NCBI GenBank assembly: GCA_963674965.2
Contig: CAXXFL010000006.1
Location: 768,001-832,000, forward strand
From: a bacterium
GTDB lineage: Bacteria; RBG-13-61-14; DATKZS01
DNA: 64,000 nucleotides
Direction of reading: 5' to 3'
The notes under the pieces are model-generated. The model had not been told where the DNA came from, made no database searches, and saw only the letters and a program-made list of their open reading frames with translations. Of this stretch, positions 21,109-34,101 are shown piece by piece (within the stretch, counting starts at the first letter, position 1; each line of letters opens with the position of its first letter). The translations under genes and the position numbers were made by a program.

Positions 21109-24100
21109 TGGGCTGTACCTCCCTTCATTTATTTGGGGCCCTGCATTGCAACCCCTTGGTTTACGGTTATACCTCAAACCGTCTTGGAGGACAGCCCGCT
21201 TTCATGTTTACACATAGAATTGATATATAAAGCGCGCCCCGAGGTTGTTTCTATGGAATAGACCACGTGTGGCACGTCGAATGACGTGATTGGAACCTCA
21301 AATTCAAGAACGACTTGGTCCTCGGGCAGGATAAAAGGCAACTCCTGAATAACTCCATCATAGCTGATTACGGCGTTAAGTTCAGCGCCCGTGAATGAAC
21401 CAGTATTTATCACTTCCAAAGCCAGCTTCATATTCTCATCGATACAGTAAAGACGCGCGTCCTGACTGGCAAGAACGTTGACCTTGATACCGCGCACTCC
21501 AAAAGGAGAGAGTCCCTTCGAGGCAGTAGCATCGTCCCCTGAGAGATTATACTTTCCATAATAAGTATTTTCTTCGACGTCATCGGGGATCGTGAAAATG
21601 AAATCCATAGCAATACTATCTCCCGGACCCAACGAGACGTTTCTTGAGAACCTATCCTCGAGCGCCTCCAGTGAAAATTTCCCACTTCCTATTTGATCGC
21701 CGGCGTTATACACGGCGTACGTAAGGATGCCTTGTCCTCCTACCTCGAAGACGGTATAGCCGGGTAAGCTTGAAATAATAAGGTTGGGACCAGTTATCTC
21801 AAATGGATGTTGGTCCGTGTCGATTACTATCCCGGAAGAATCAAATAAATTAACGTCCGCAAGATAGATCCCTGGTGAAACCCCCTCCAGATTTATTAAA
21901 AAGTTTTCATTAGAACCAACCAACGGAATAGCCACTGATCTCGTCTCGCTCCAGAAGTCGGTCTTAACTTCAAGAATTCCATTAAATAATTTATCGCCAT
22001 GATTATATAAACTTACTTCCAGCGGATGGAATCCGTTTTCATGATCAAGCAGCACTGAGTCCATGGAAGCGGCAATCTCGGAGACAATTTCAAATTCAAC
22101 GACCGCGCTGGCCGTGGAACTGGACCAAAGGCCCGTTGCTACTATCCGGTAATAACCCGTTTCTAAGTACAATTCAATTGGAAACTCCCATAAGCTTCCG
22201 ATGTCTATGGACGGAGAAGTCGTAAATTGATCGATTATTATTGGATATTCCGGACTGTTAATACAAGAAATCGTGTATTGAGTGGGAAATGAGCCACTAA
22301 ACATGCCAATGTTACTAATGGCTGAAAAAACGCTAATCCATCCTTCGGGATAAACGGGGTCACCGTTCAACGCTATCGCTCCCTCCAATGGAACGACGGT
22401 GAAACTTAGCTCCCTTTCCACGTCTCTCGTCGAGTAGGAAAGAGTATAAAGGCCGGGCGAAAGATTGAATTCAAGAAGCCCCTCTTCAAGCCCGTCAGGA
22501 GCAAGGAAATAATCCACGGTCGTTGTATCGATGATTTCTCTTGAATCATTGGTTAGGACAAACGCTCCCTGGTCCAAGAGAGCAAAAGACCCCAAGTTGA
22601 GTATCTCGTACGGTATTTGCACTTCGCCCTCGGGATAGTATTGGTTTGCCTCGGCGTGGATATCCACTTTGATTCCATAATCGACCAGGGCGGAGTCTAC
22701 GCGCTCATAGTCTCCTCCATACTCGGCTTCGATTAAAACGTCTTGTGAGATTTGGTTCTCCTCAATCTCAACGTAAAACGCGTTCGCGTTCAGGCCAAGC
22801 GGCATCTGAGCGAGAATTTCTCCCTCGTCCGCGATCGACATTAATCTTACGTCATCCAGGAGCACGTCCGGCCAGGTTCCTTCTCCACCGTCCACGACCT
22901 CAATGGCAAGAGTAATAACCTCGCCTTGCCAGGCGCTCACGTCAATCAGGCAAAGGCTTACTGGCGAAACCAGGATTCCATCCTCAATACGAGCCGTTTT
23001 ATCAAGATTGTCGTAGGAGCAGACCACGTGCTCCTCGCCATCGACCTCCACGCCGATCCGTAACGTATCCTCAGCCATATCGGTGGGAACAGGGTTCCAT
23101 ACCTCGAACTGGTACAGAAGAGAAAGAGTATCGAAGCCGGGAGATACGTATATTTCGCGCGACATTGTGGCCGGGGCGCTCGTTTGCGTGTAAAGGACGG
23201 TTGATTGAATCCCGGAGCCAATGGAATAATCAATGACGACGGCGTCCGGCCCTTCATCGCCGCTCACGTCCCATCCAGTTGGAGGCTTATAAAGCTCGTT
23301 TTCCTCGAAATCGTCCACGGTCTCTCGCTCGAGAACGGCATATTGCCAAAGAGTAACGTTAAAGTCAGCCGGGACCGGGCCGGAGTTGCCGAGATTCAAC
23401 CTGACGTCAAAAGGCTCGTCGTCAACCACGTTGGGAGCCTCGATCCAACTGTAAACGTCCGGACTTTCCACGTTGAAAAGATTTCCGGCCGACGACACTT
23501 CCACGTTATACTGTTCGACCGTTGCTTCCAGTTGATATACTCCCGACTTCGAGGCCGGATAATCCCCCAGGTCGAAAGTCGCGGATTCATCGGGATCGAG
23601 TGAAAAAGGTCCTTCCTCGCCCTGGGCAACCGCGCCGCCGTCGGGATCGAGGACGAGCCATTTATATACCAGGCCGTCCATGGCGATAGTATCCGAGTTA
23701 AGGACGCTCCCTTCCAGGGAGAAAGGCTCATTTGTCTTGTACAGGAATTTATCGGACCCTATCTTGGCGACCAATGTCACGCCGGATATCTGGAACGGAT
23801 ATAGCTCCTGAGCGACGATCTGGCCAAAGGCGTTGGAAATAGTCCCGCGCCAGAAAAACGAGCCGGTCTCGCCGGTGGGGTACAACTCATCCGGATAAAT
23901 CTCACGATCCAGATTGAGGGTGTCTCCGGAGGCGGCGACCGGGAAAGTCGTTTCGCTCCAAAACACTTCCTCTACCATGCCAACGTCATCGACTATGGCC
24001 CCGGGAGGACCTGTATATACGTTCAGATAAGCGTCACCAAGATAATTCTCGGCGGCGATCATCTCCGCGCGGCCGTCGTTATTCAGGTCTCCGAAAACCA

Positions 24101-27100
24101 CGTCGGAGGCCCCGTACTGGTCCAATTGCCACTGGAACGCGCCCGTGACGCCGTCGATCACAAATAGCGTCCATCCGCCCGTGTTGTCCTGGAACACGAC
24201 CTCAAGATATCCATCGTCGTCAATGTCAATAAGAGTTGGAGCGCTATTGACTAGATACCATGGGTTCCACAAATAATCGATGTGAGGAGCGTCGTCGGGA
24301 GACCAGATCGGATTCCCCAGGGCGTCGAATTTAAGAAGCAGGATACCCCAATCGTCGTCCTCCACCATGGCGAAGACCTCGAGGTCCCCGTCACCATCCG
24401 CGTCGCCCACCGCCGGGGCCATGCCATACATGGAGTTAGTGAACCCGGAAAGGTTGGTGGCGCTGGTCCATTTGACCGATCCATTGGCTCCATTAAGAAC
24501 GATAATGCCGGCGTCGATAGTTACGCCGTAACCATAGAACGAGGATTGCTGAAAAATCACCTCGGGAGCGCCGTCGCCGTCAAGGTCCGCGATAACGGGC
24601 GCGTTCGTAACCGGTCCATGAGAGTAGATTTCCGGATCGGCGGGATCGACGCGAAGGTCGGGATAATAGCTCCAAAGGAAACCGCCGTCGTGATTGAACG
24701 CGTGAACGCCGCCCGTCCAAATGGTCGCCCCGCCATAAACGGTCTGCAAATCCCAGCCAACGACGATTTCGGGAAGCCCGTCTCCGTCGATATCCCCGAC
24801 CGCCGGGGAGGAACTGCCGCCCACGCTGGAGTCCCCGTCAAGAAGAGGGCCAAGGTAGGGATCGACGCCCACCCAAAGCCGATTTCCCTCGTGATCGAAA
24901 ACCATCGGTCCTTGTCCCGTATAATAGGGCGAGGTCCAATGGCTGGGGTAACCAGTCTCATATTCTCCGTATGGTTGTCCACCGCTTTGCAGTATTATCT
25001 CGAGCGTTCCCTCAGTATCGCCATCAAGATTATAAAGCGCCGGAGAACTCATAACGACGGATTCATCTTCAAAACCGATAAAGCGCGGCGTCAGTTCGCC
25101 GGAAGGTATTGGACCATCAAAAATATAAAAGCCGGAAAACGCTGGACTCGCGGAACCGACCACGATGTCCTTGTAAGAGTCTCCGTTTATATCAGCCACG
25201 GCGGGAGTGGAATAACTTGCCCAAATCGCGCCTATCGAGAGGACCATCGAGTCTCCGCCGTCTCCATTGCCGTTGAAAACAATAAGCGATCCTATATCGG
25301 AAAATGGAAGGCCAAATCCAGGATCATTGTATCCGGCGGCGACGATGACTTCATTTTTGCCGTCGCCGTCCAAGTCCTCGATAACCGGCGAAGAGTAAAG
25401 CTCCAGCATGTCAGCCCCAAGATCATGTCTCCAGGCAAACTCCACGTCCGAGGAGTAGGTCATCTTTGAACCAAGCGACGAGGAGCCAGTGTTGCCCGCG
25501 TCATGTCTGAAAGTCGGCCATTTGTCATTAGGTAAATCAACGTAGGAATATCTCAGTATTTGGAGGTTCAGGGCCTCGCCGTCCAAGCCTACGCCGCCGG
25601 AGGTGAGTAGACCGTCCCCCGTTATAGGCTCGTTGGCTGAATAGATTTCCTTGTTCGTCCAGACGTCCAGATCGGCCTCAACTCCGTGAACGGTAATATA
25701 CTCGAGCAGGCTTTTGTCCTCGTAACTGCGGTAATCGAAAGTATAGACACGAAGTTGATAAACGCCGGAAGACAACCCCGTCGGGACCGTGGCAATGGTG
25801 GCGGTTATAGTTTCTCCATGAGCCAAGTCCCCACCGAAGGGCCTGTGGTCAATAATAACGTTGCCCGAGGAATCCTCCAAAACGGCGCGAACTCCAAAAG
25901 AGGTGCCCACGCCCCCTACGTTTTCAAAAGTAACCTGTACCTCATCACCCGGCCAGTATTCGGAAACTTCCAAAGACGTTGTTATGTCAGAAGGCGGGAT
26001 ATAAAAATGCCGCGACGCGCCATGCAGAGGGACGTTCTGACCGTTTGGAAATACTAAGCCGGCCAGGATCGTGTATTCGCCGGGATCGATCCCCCCTCTT
26101 ACGGTAAACTCATAGGGTCCTTCCGTGTAGGTTGTGCCGGAATAAATTGTAACCGTTTCGCTTCCGACGTAGTCTCCCGGATCAACTCCTTGCGCTTCAA
26201 CCACCAGGGTCGGCGAAAGTTGTTCACTGAAATATAAGGCCTTATAATCTATTGAAAATGAAAGAGGATCTCGCTCGCGATATTCATCCTCCATCTCTAT
26301 TATTTCCATAGAGCCTTTAATAGGCTTAATCTCGCCGCTTCTCATCACGCCGGCGAAAGACGTGTCGCCTTCCAACGCGGCCACGAGTTCCACGTCGAAA
26401 TCGGCCGGGGCATATTCGGGGAGTACCGCGTGACACGAAAAAGCGTAGTCAGTTTCCTCGCCGGGAGTCAGCGATAGAACGTAATCTTGATCATCGCCGA
26501 ATGGGCCGCCCAGGGAGGAAGTCGCGTTGATGGTCTGTATAAAATCCCCACTGACGCCGAAATAAGAAGCGTAGGCGAAATCATCGTTAATTAGGACCTC
26601 CTGTTTGTAGTGGATTCCACGAGAGGCGTCGTTGGGATACTGGATGGCCGCGAAAAAATCGCTCCGCAGGGTCCAGTCCTTGATCGCCGCGCCATCAGTC
26701 ACGTCGGCGGTGAAACGCAGATTATGCGTTCCGCTGAGTCTCGTGGAACTAAGGGGCGGGCTTATGCCTTCCATGCGTGAGAGGTCGATCGTCTGTTTGC
26801 AATGATAATCGCGAGCGTCCACGGTGGTAATAGGAACCTGCGGGACGTTGGCGCTAACCACGACGTCATGAGTTTCGCCAACTGGAAGGAGACTGAAAGA
26901 AGAGGTGACGACGTCTACGGGATCGCCATTCGCGTCGAACCTTTCGTAAGTTACGGTCCCTCCAGGAATATCCAAGCGTGAGACATTGATAACTTTTATC
27001 ACGAAATCATAAGGAACCCCGATCATGATCGGTCCCGGTGGTTGGACTTCGATCGAAACGCGATATATGTCCACCACGAAACGAGTACTACGTGAACCCT

Positions 27101-30100
27101 TCTCTACGCCGTTTATGAACGTCTTTACCAGTGCCTTGTAGTATCCGGTGGGCGCCTGTGAGTCGAGAGGGATATAATAACTCTCCGTTCGAACGCCGCC
27201 GACGAAGATATCGACCACCCGCGTTTCAGTAAATATCACCTCACCGTCGGGCCGGGTTACCGTAAAGCTCACCTCAGCCGTGTCACCCAATTCACCGTCA
27301 TTGGAAAGAAGCGCCTCAACCAGCACGGTCTCGGAAGCGTGATAATTTTCGCGTTCCGCGGAGAGTCCCACGGGCTTGACGCTCCGATCCGTTAGGACCT
27401 TTCCCCAAATCGAGGTCGTTGTCAATGTGCCGTTGGGGAGCTTGATATGAGCCCAGAACCGATAGTTTTTAGGAATCAAGGAACTGTCTTTTTCCATCGT
27501 GATAGTGACCGATCCATGCGCCGGCGCCAGAACGTCAGAGGCCCAGTCGACTCCCGTCCAGGATGGCGTGTGATTTATGTCCCATTTCACATTGGGGATA
27601 ATAATGTCCTCGTCCGTGTCATTAGTGAAAGTCAATTGGAAATGGATTATCTCTCCTAATTCGTGACCATCGTCATCCTGAGTTAGATAGTAGTGTAGTC
27701 CCGGAACGGGTTGAATGATCTTCCAGTCCGATACCACGAATCGTCCATCCAGGCATTCCCGCTCCTCATGGATAACGTCGCCGTCGGCGTCCACCAGTTC
27801 GTAAGCAACGTGCCATATTCCCAGCTTCTCGGGAAGTTCGGGCAAAGACAATGAAACCATGGCCGTGTCCCCAGGTTCGATATAAACGGGCGGATAATCC
27901 TCGACGAGCGCCTCGGATCGATCCGGATCGAGGACCGTCACGTGGGCTGCGGCCGCGTCGGCGGGAGCGTCGGCTGGAAGCTCGAGGGTGAAATCGAAAT
28001 CGGGGTCCATGCCGCCAGGACTGTACTCGCGAAGTTCTGACGGCTTCAAGGCCCAGGTAATCATGTCGCGCGTGTAACGAAGCTCATTTTTACTGTACTG
28101 ACCCGTGGCGTAGGAATAGTCGGGGTACATGTCCGTCGCTATTACCGTCCCCTCGCCATAAGGATACACGATAACGGCGGGCTGGCCGTTGGATTTGCGA
28201 ATAAGGAGTTCCTCGGCGTCGGCGGGATAATTGACGAAGAAACCGTCTAGATGAGCGCCGGCGTACTGGCCGTTTTCGCTGGACAATATCGGATGAGGCA
28301 GATTGAGTTTCGCGCCCCCCCAGAAACAGGACGTGTCCTCACTATAGCCGTAGGCGACAATATCGCCGGGAAGAAGGTTGAATTCAGTACCGCTTTCCTG
28401 CGTGAAAACGATTAAGGCCCCGCCGCCGTTGACGTATTCCTCCAAGTCTTGTTTAAAGCTCTCGGAGTCACGATAATTTGTAAATCCCGCGCTTGGCACT
28501 ATCAAAACCGGCACGTCCAAGGCTAGCCCGGAATAAAAATCCAAGTCGGGCTCGATAAGGGTGACGGGGACCCCCAATTTACCCATCAAAGAAATGGCGT
28601 GAGTATAATAACCCGAGATCATAATACCGACCTTGGCCTCGGGATCGTAGGTCGGAACGCCGATATCGTACAAGTCGGAAACGATAAGGTTATCGTCCGG
28701 TGCTCGAGGCTCTCCCGGTCTGCCGCAGTTTTCCTGGCTTCTCGTTCTTTCGCAAAAGGACGAAGTGTCGCTCTCGATATTGCACTCCCATAGAACGCTG
28801 GGGCATCCTTCCCTGGACTCGGGACATGTAAACCTTCTTACTCCCTTGTGATCGAAGGTTGAAAAAGCGACCTCTTCTCCATCTATATAAGCGGCGCCAA
28901 CGACGTACTTCTCGTCGTCTTCATCGACCTGAAGTATGGCTTCCTCGGTCACCACGCCGCCCTCGGATTCGCGCCAGCCTATCTGGTCGGGGGTATCCGT
29001 TTTAAGATTGAACCCCATGGCGTACCAATCGCCGTAGTATTTATACTCCGCGTAAATGCTTCCGTCGCAATGGATGGAATATTCCGTGATTTTCGCGAAA
29101 AGGACGGGGACCGTCTTGGCCATAACCGTGAAACTTTTCTCGAAATCGTCTTCATCATTGTTCAACAACGGGTTGTCCCGACCGAATGCCCTCCAGTTCG
29201 TTATCTCATATGTCTGATCGCCTCCCTCGTTTCCGAGAATACCGCGTATGACCACGTTAATCGCGGCCTGCTCGAACTGGGAGTGTCCGCTTACTCTGAG
29301 TCTGAATTTACCGAGACTCGACCCGGGGTTTTTCGGCTTAATAAGCCTGGCCGTATAATGATTCAGCAGTCCTTCTCGCTCCCAGACGGGTTCACCGTCA
29401 TCCGCGATAACTTCTTCGATTTCAATGGCCTTGATCATGGCCTCGTTGCCAAGGTCGACTAGCGTGAAGGATATGGCGCCCTGCTTGAGCATATCGTCCA
29501 TCCTGTTCCCGAAATTCGTGTCAAATTTAACGCTCATCTCAACCAGAAGGTCCGACTCGGGGTCTTCCTCGTCGTCCTGCTCGACGTCCGTTATTTTTGC
29601 CCCGAGTTCGGCTCGATAATAATAACGAAGGAAGGATTTAATATAAGTGACAATTCTTGGCATGATAACCATCGAATGATCTTTATAGCAGGCATCATCC
29701 ATGGTATATGTAACAACCATCTCGTCAGAAGCGCCAAAAAGAGGCCTCATCTGTGATTTAACCACGTATTTTTGCATTGTGACTATTTCTTCAGAGAAGT
29801 GGTCGTGATAAGAAAATGAGCAGTATTCCTTATAATAATCATCGTCAATACGTACCATTGTGCATTCCGCGTCATTTGGCGGGCTTGGATTGTCATATTG
29901 GGTAAGCTCATTATTTTCCCAACTTATATATCTGTTCCAGTTAAGGTCTTTGAATTTCGCGCCATAGCTAATAAAATTATGATTGGTCCACTCTGCAAGT
30001 CCCGGTTTAGCTGAATTATAGCTGCCTTCGGTTGTTGAGTCCCAAAGGTCCGAATATTTATCGATATTGATTAATAACTTTTCATTCTCTTCGTAGCCTG

Positions 30101-31159
30101 AAAACTGATTATACCAGGCAAAGCCTTCCCTATATCCCTCAAATGGTTCGCCAAAAGGATTGGGGGGCCTTGCTTCTGGCGGAGCTGATGGGTATCCGGT
30201 GGTAAATGGCGTCATATGCCCAATGACCCAATCGTTGCGCACATGAGCGGGCACGCCGGCGTCTTCCAATAAATGTATATTCATGCCAAGAGCCAAAAAA
30301 TGCAGCGCCATATAACTTTCGCGTTTCTGTTTTGAGGAACAGCTATCGGGCTTGCCGTCGAAATCGCAATCTCCGGTAAGCGAAATATATAAATATTTTT
30401 TTGATTCCCATAGGTTTAATTTATTGTCCGGGAATATCGCCAATGTCGAGTCAAAAAAGAGGGAACGGGCAAGTGATGATTTTCCATATAAAAAGAAATG
30501 TTCACTAGACAGCGCTAATGTAAATCTATCTGCGACCAGAGTCCATATATATGAGTATGGATAATTATATAGTCCCGCGTCCCTTTGGGGAGCATTCTTG
30601 AACCAATCTTTAGTGGGATCATGAAAATGATGTTTAGCTCTTGAGAGTGGATGATCTTCAACAACCGACCCGGTATAAATCCATGCTCTTGGAGTGTTCC
30701 ACCAGGATTCGCCTTCACGATGTTCCCTGTATGGGGCCTCATCGCGTTGCACGCTGCAAGGCTGCATCCATGGGGGAATATTTTCATCAATTATTACCGG
30801 CTGGTAGGCGTCTCCGCTTGAAAGAGTGTTGATCCAGCAAAAAGTATTATTATAAGGATTAGGGAAAACGTCATTGTATACATCTTGCGACAGATACAGT
30901 TTCGTCTTATTCTGAGGATAAAGCCACGATCCCATATATTCCACGTTAAGTAAATCATCCTCATAGAAAGTCTTCATCGTGGAGATTTTAACATCGTGTA
31001 TTTCTTGCCTGGTGGCTTCATAAGTAATTCCCGAATGGGTTTTGCCCCCAAAGGACATCAATTTAATTGGAAATAATATCGCAATGATGGTGATGATTGT
31101 AAATAGCTTTGATCTTTGCATAATTCAACTCCCTTTCGGATTGGCCGGGTCTTTTTGCA

Positions 31160-32362
31160 TCAACGATACAAGTAACTGTTCATTAGATCGTAGGCTTTCC
31201 GGTGATCCATATCATTGGCGACGTCGAGGGGAGTTTTTCCCTTATGGTCTTTTAAAGTCAGGCTGGGGACAGCCCCATGTTTCAATAATACTTCGCAATA
31301 CTCTTCACGTCCTTTAATCGCGCAAATATGCAAGGGCGTTAATCCTCCGCTAGCAACCGCGTTCGGGTCGGCCCCGGCTGCCAGCAAAAGTATCACGATA
31401 CTCCTATTCCCCCTCCCTATTGCCGCGTGGAGTGGGGTCGAGCCCGTTCTTTTGGGAATATTAGGGTCAGCTCCATGCTCCAAGAGGAGCTTCACAACCT
31501 CAGTCTTTTCGTTTAGAGTTGCCATATAAAGAGGGGTCCCCCAGTCTGTCATTGCATTTACATCGGCTCCTTTGTCAAGAAGCAGCTTTACTGTTTCGAC
31601 GTCACCAAACACTGCCGCGTTTAATAACGGTGTACTCCCGTCAGGACTGGCGTCATTGACGACTTCTGGATTTTTATCCAGATAATCGGAAAGATCGCCG
31701 ATATTCATCTTATTGATGTTCTCTTTTTTCGAGCAATCATGATCTTCAACGAAATCGTGGAAATCCTCCAGGGCCTTTTGGGCCTCGATAGCCGTCTTGC
31801 GGCTTTCAAGTTTTCCCTCGACGATCCTATTGACGCCCAGGAAAAATGGCGTTTCGTAATCGACCTTTTCCCACTGCCGACAAGGCGAGTCATCCGGCTT
31901 AAGTGGATAAAGGTGTATTGTCGAAGGCACGCTTGCAAGTTGTATTAAATCGTTTGGCGACTCTTCGTTTTCATTCAATTTGCCGATCGAGGAACTGACG
32001 TTTACCATCAATTCCTTGTATCCGTAGCCTTGCTTAAACACGAGCAATCTAAGCATAAATGGCTCATACAAGCCGGAGTACTTAATCTTTGTCTCAGGTA
32101 CAGTAAAAATGCCCTGGGCGTCCGTTTTCGAGATAAAGCTCCTGCTGAACTCGCTTTGCCCGAAAAGCTCTCCCGCAAGACCGTGAACTCTCCATATTTT
32201 TCTATACAGTATATATGCGTCTTGGACGGGACCCCCCGTTTCGGCGTCAACGACGCGAGAGGTTAAAGGAACATCTACATATTGTTTCGAGCATGACTGA
32301 AGCAAAAGCAAAGCCGCGGTTATCAACAAGGACGCTAACGCGTTTATTCTATCAAGCTTCAT
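31160..32362 (-). CDS. Ankyrin-repeat lipoprotein with N-terminal carboxypeptidase-regulatory-like domain
   Basis: Lipobox LQSC; VVDAETGGPV motif; about four TPLxxA...G...V.LLL..GADxN repeats. Confidence 0.9.
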   Translation of the reverse strand: MKLDRINALASLLITAALLLLQSCSKQYVDVPLTSRVVDAETGGPVQDAYILYRKIWRVHGLAGELFGQSEFSRSFISKTDAQGIFTVPETKIKYSGLYEPFMLRLLVFKQGYGYKELMVNVSSSIGKLNENEESPNDLIQLASVPSTIHLYPLKPDDSPCRQWEKVDYETPFFLGVNRIVEGKLESRKTAIEAQKALEDFHDFVEDHDCSKKENINKMNIGDLSDYLDKNPEVVNDASPDGSTPLLNAAVFGDVETVKLLLDKGADVNAMTDWGTPLYMATLNEKTEVVKLLLEHGADPNIPKRTGSTPLHAAIGRGNRSIVILLLAAGADPNAVASGGLTPLHICAIKGREEYCEVLLKHGAVPSLTLKDHKGKTPLDVANDMDHRKAYDLMNSYLYR

Positions 32363-34101
32363 TTTAAATTCTCCTTAATTACATTCCTGCAATCAACCAT
32401 TTCCCGCCAATTGCATTAATGAATACAACGTCCGAAAGTACGTTAATTTTCCCTCCTGCTCCATCATCCTTTTCGAATACAATCGCATATTGCGCGCTAT
32501 TGTCTCTAATTGATACGGGGAAAATTAATTTTGCTCCTAAAGCGTCAGCCGCTTGTGGCAAGCTATCAATAGAACTATAGAAGACGTATGAGAAATTGGG
32601 CCTGACATTCGGCGCGAAACAGGAAATTGCCGCCTCTACGTTCTGCTTTTCAAGGTATAAAAGCATTTTCTGAAATACCTCTCCAGGATTCCCCGGCCAT
32701 TCAGACGGGTCCATTTCCCACTCGATGACCCGCTGGTTTTCGGTATCGGCAAAGGTAAGGCACGTTTTCCATTTTCTGCGGAATAAGTCGATGCCGCCCT
32801 TGGAACCGAGCGTAGATGGAGTTATTTCGTCCAATCCCTGGATGGATTCCAGTAATTCGCTACGGTCGTTGAGCCTGTATATTACATGCTCGTCCGGGCA
32901 CCAGAAGGCCAGAGTCTGGCTGGCAAGACAGAAGTCCTTGGGGGCCGAGGCAAGGACCGCTTGTGTATAGGCTGTCTCGTTAACCGGCTGATCGGCACTG
33001 AAATTACTATGGCCAAAGACCTCGGTCCCGGCTGTATCGCTATAAAATTTCAGAGCCAGAAAAAGTGAGTCGTTTTCATTGACGGCCGCCTCGTAAATAA
33101 CGGGAGCGACGTTTCCGGTATCATACTGTATGGCAACGGTCCGCGCGCTCGTGTCGCCGTAGGTCAATATTACCGGCGCGCCATTCATGGTGGCCAATGA
33201 AACTCTACCGGCGCTTGAAACGTGGAAGTCCCGGATATCCGCCACGCCCGCTTCCAGGCAATCGGATGAACATCCAGCTATCACCGTGAACGGAGGCCCC
33301 TCCATAATTAAAAACCGTCCTCCATTGTCGGCGCTGACCTCGGCCCATCTCAACGAAACCGTGTTTCCCTCCAGTGAGGCCTCGGCGCCGGCGATCCACC
33401 AATCCTCTCCCGGATGCTCCGCCACCGCGTCTCGCAGAAGACTGACGCCGCTCAACTCGCCATCCGTCAGCTCGTATTGATAGAGCAAGGTGGCTTTCGC
33501 CGCCGTAGAGCTTGTCGCCCCGAGCACGTAGTACTTCTCCTCTTTGGGGTCTCCCACCAAGTCAAGGGGATAAATGCCCTGATCCGAGGTGGAAAAGAAA
33601 GTCTTATACTTGAAGGGATGCTCGATATCGACCAGGCCTATTCCGACCTGATCGGTTTCTTGGTCGGGAAAATTAACGATCGCTTGATAAACCCTGGCCT
33701 CGGAGTAAGAGTGCAGCCCGGGCAAGGCGCATGAGCCGCCCGTAAAATCGCATGAATGATATTCGATCGCTCCGTCCCCATAGGACGTCTCAATCCTGAC
33801 TGGATTGGGCAATTGACTGATAAGGGATTCATTCACGTAGACCGTGAATTGAATTTGCGCGTTGTCCAGAGTAGCCGCCGGCGGGTCCGATATGATTTTA
33901 ATATCGCTTAGATATTGCCCGTCGCCATTGTACGCTACTTCAAGCTCATCCTCTCCATAATTACCCGCGACGTCTCGAGCTTGCGCTTTTATCGTTTGCA
34001 CGTCAGGGGCCTTTATGGTTGGATCGAGCAGCACGGCCTTGGCCCTGAATATTCCGGTCGTCGCGTCCGTCATCTCGATTTCCGCCGCCGTGTTATTGAT
34101 T

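Larger units (their letters stand above)
19631..21216 (-). mobile_element. IS110-family element of IS1111 type
   Basis: TA core at both junctions (19631-19632, 21215-21216); subterminal IRs ATGAAAGC (19632-19639) and GCTTTCAT (21198-21205); about 390 bp non-coding region downstream of the transposase. Confidence 0.88.
18027..31121 (-). pseudogene. Giant secreted protein G (>3800 aa): N-terminal Zn-PLC/P1-nuclease-like domain, GATase-like, Ig-like and FG-GAP regions; split by IS110 and truncated by the IS3-like copy
   Basis: ORFs 21174-31121 and 18009-19649 rejoin in frame (ALYINSRWVHEG) on removing the IS110 and align without a gap to the 56495+ paralog. Signal peptide, then FGGKTH...HHFHDP...LGMNIHLLEDAGVPAH; repeated SSPAVGDIDGDG.PEIVV motifs; DLAGN-type Ig repeats. 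Confidence 0.85.

Noticed and set aside
21174-31121. 3315-aa ORF as a complete gene
   Set aside because: Its stop lies inside the IS110; the gene continues in 18027-19630.
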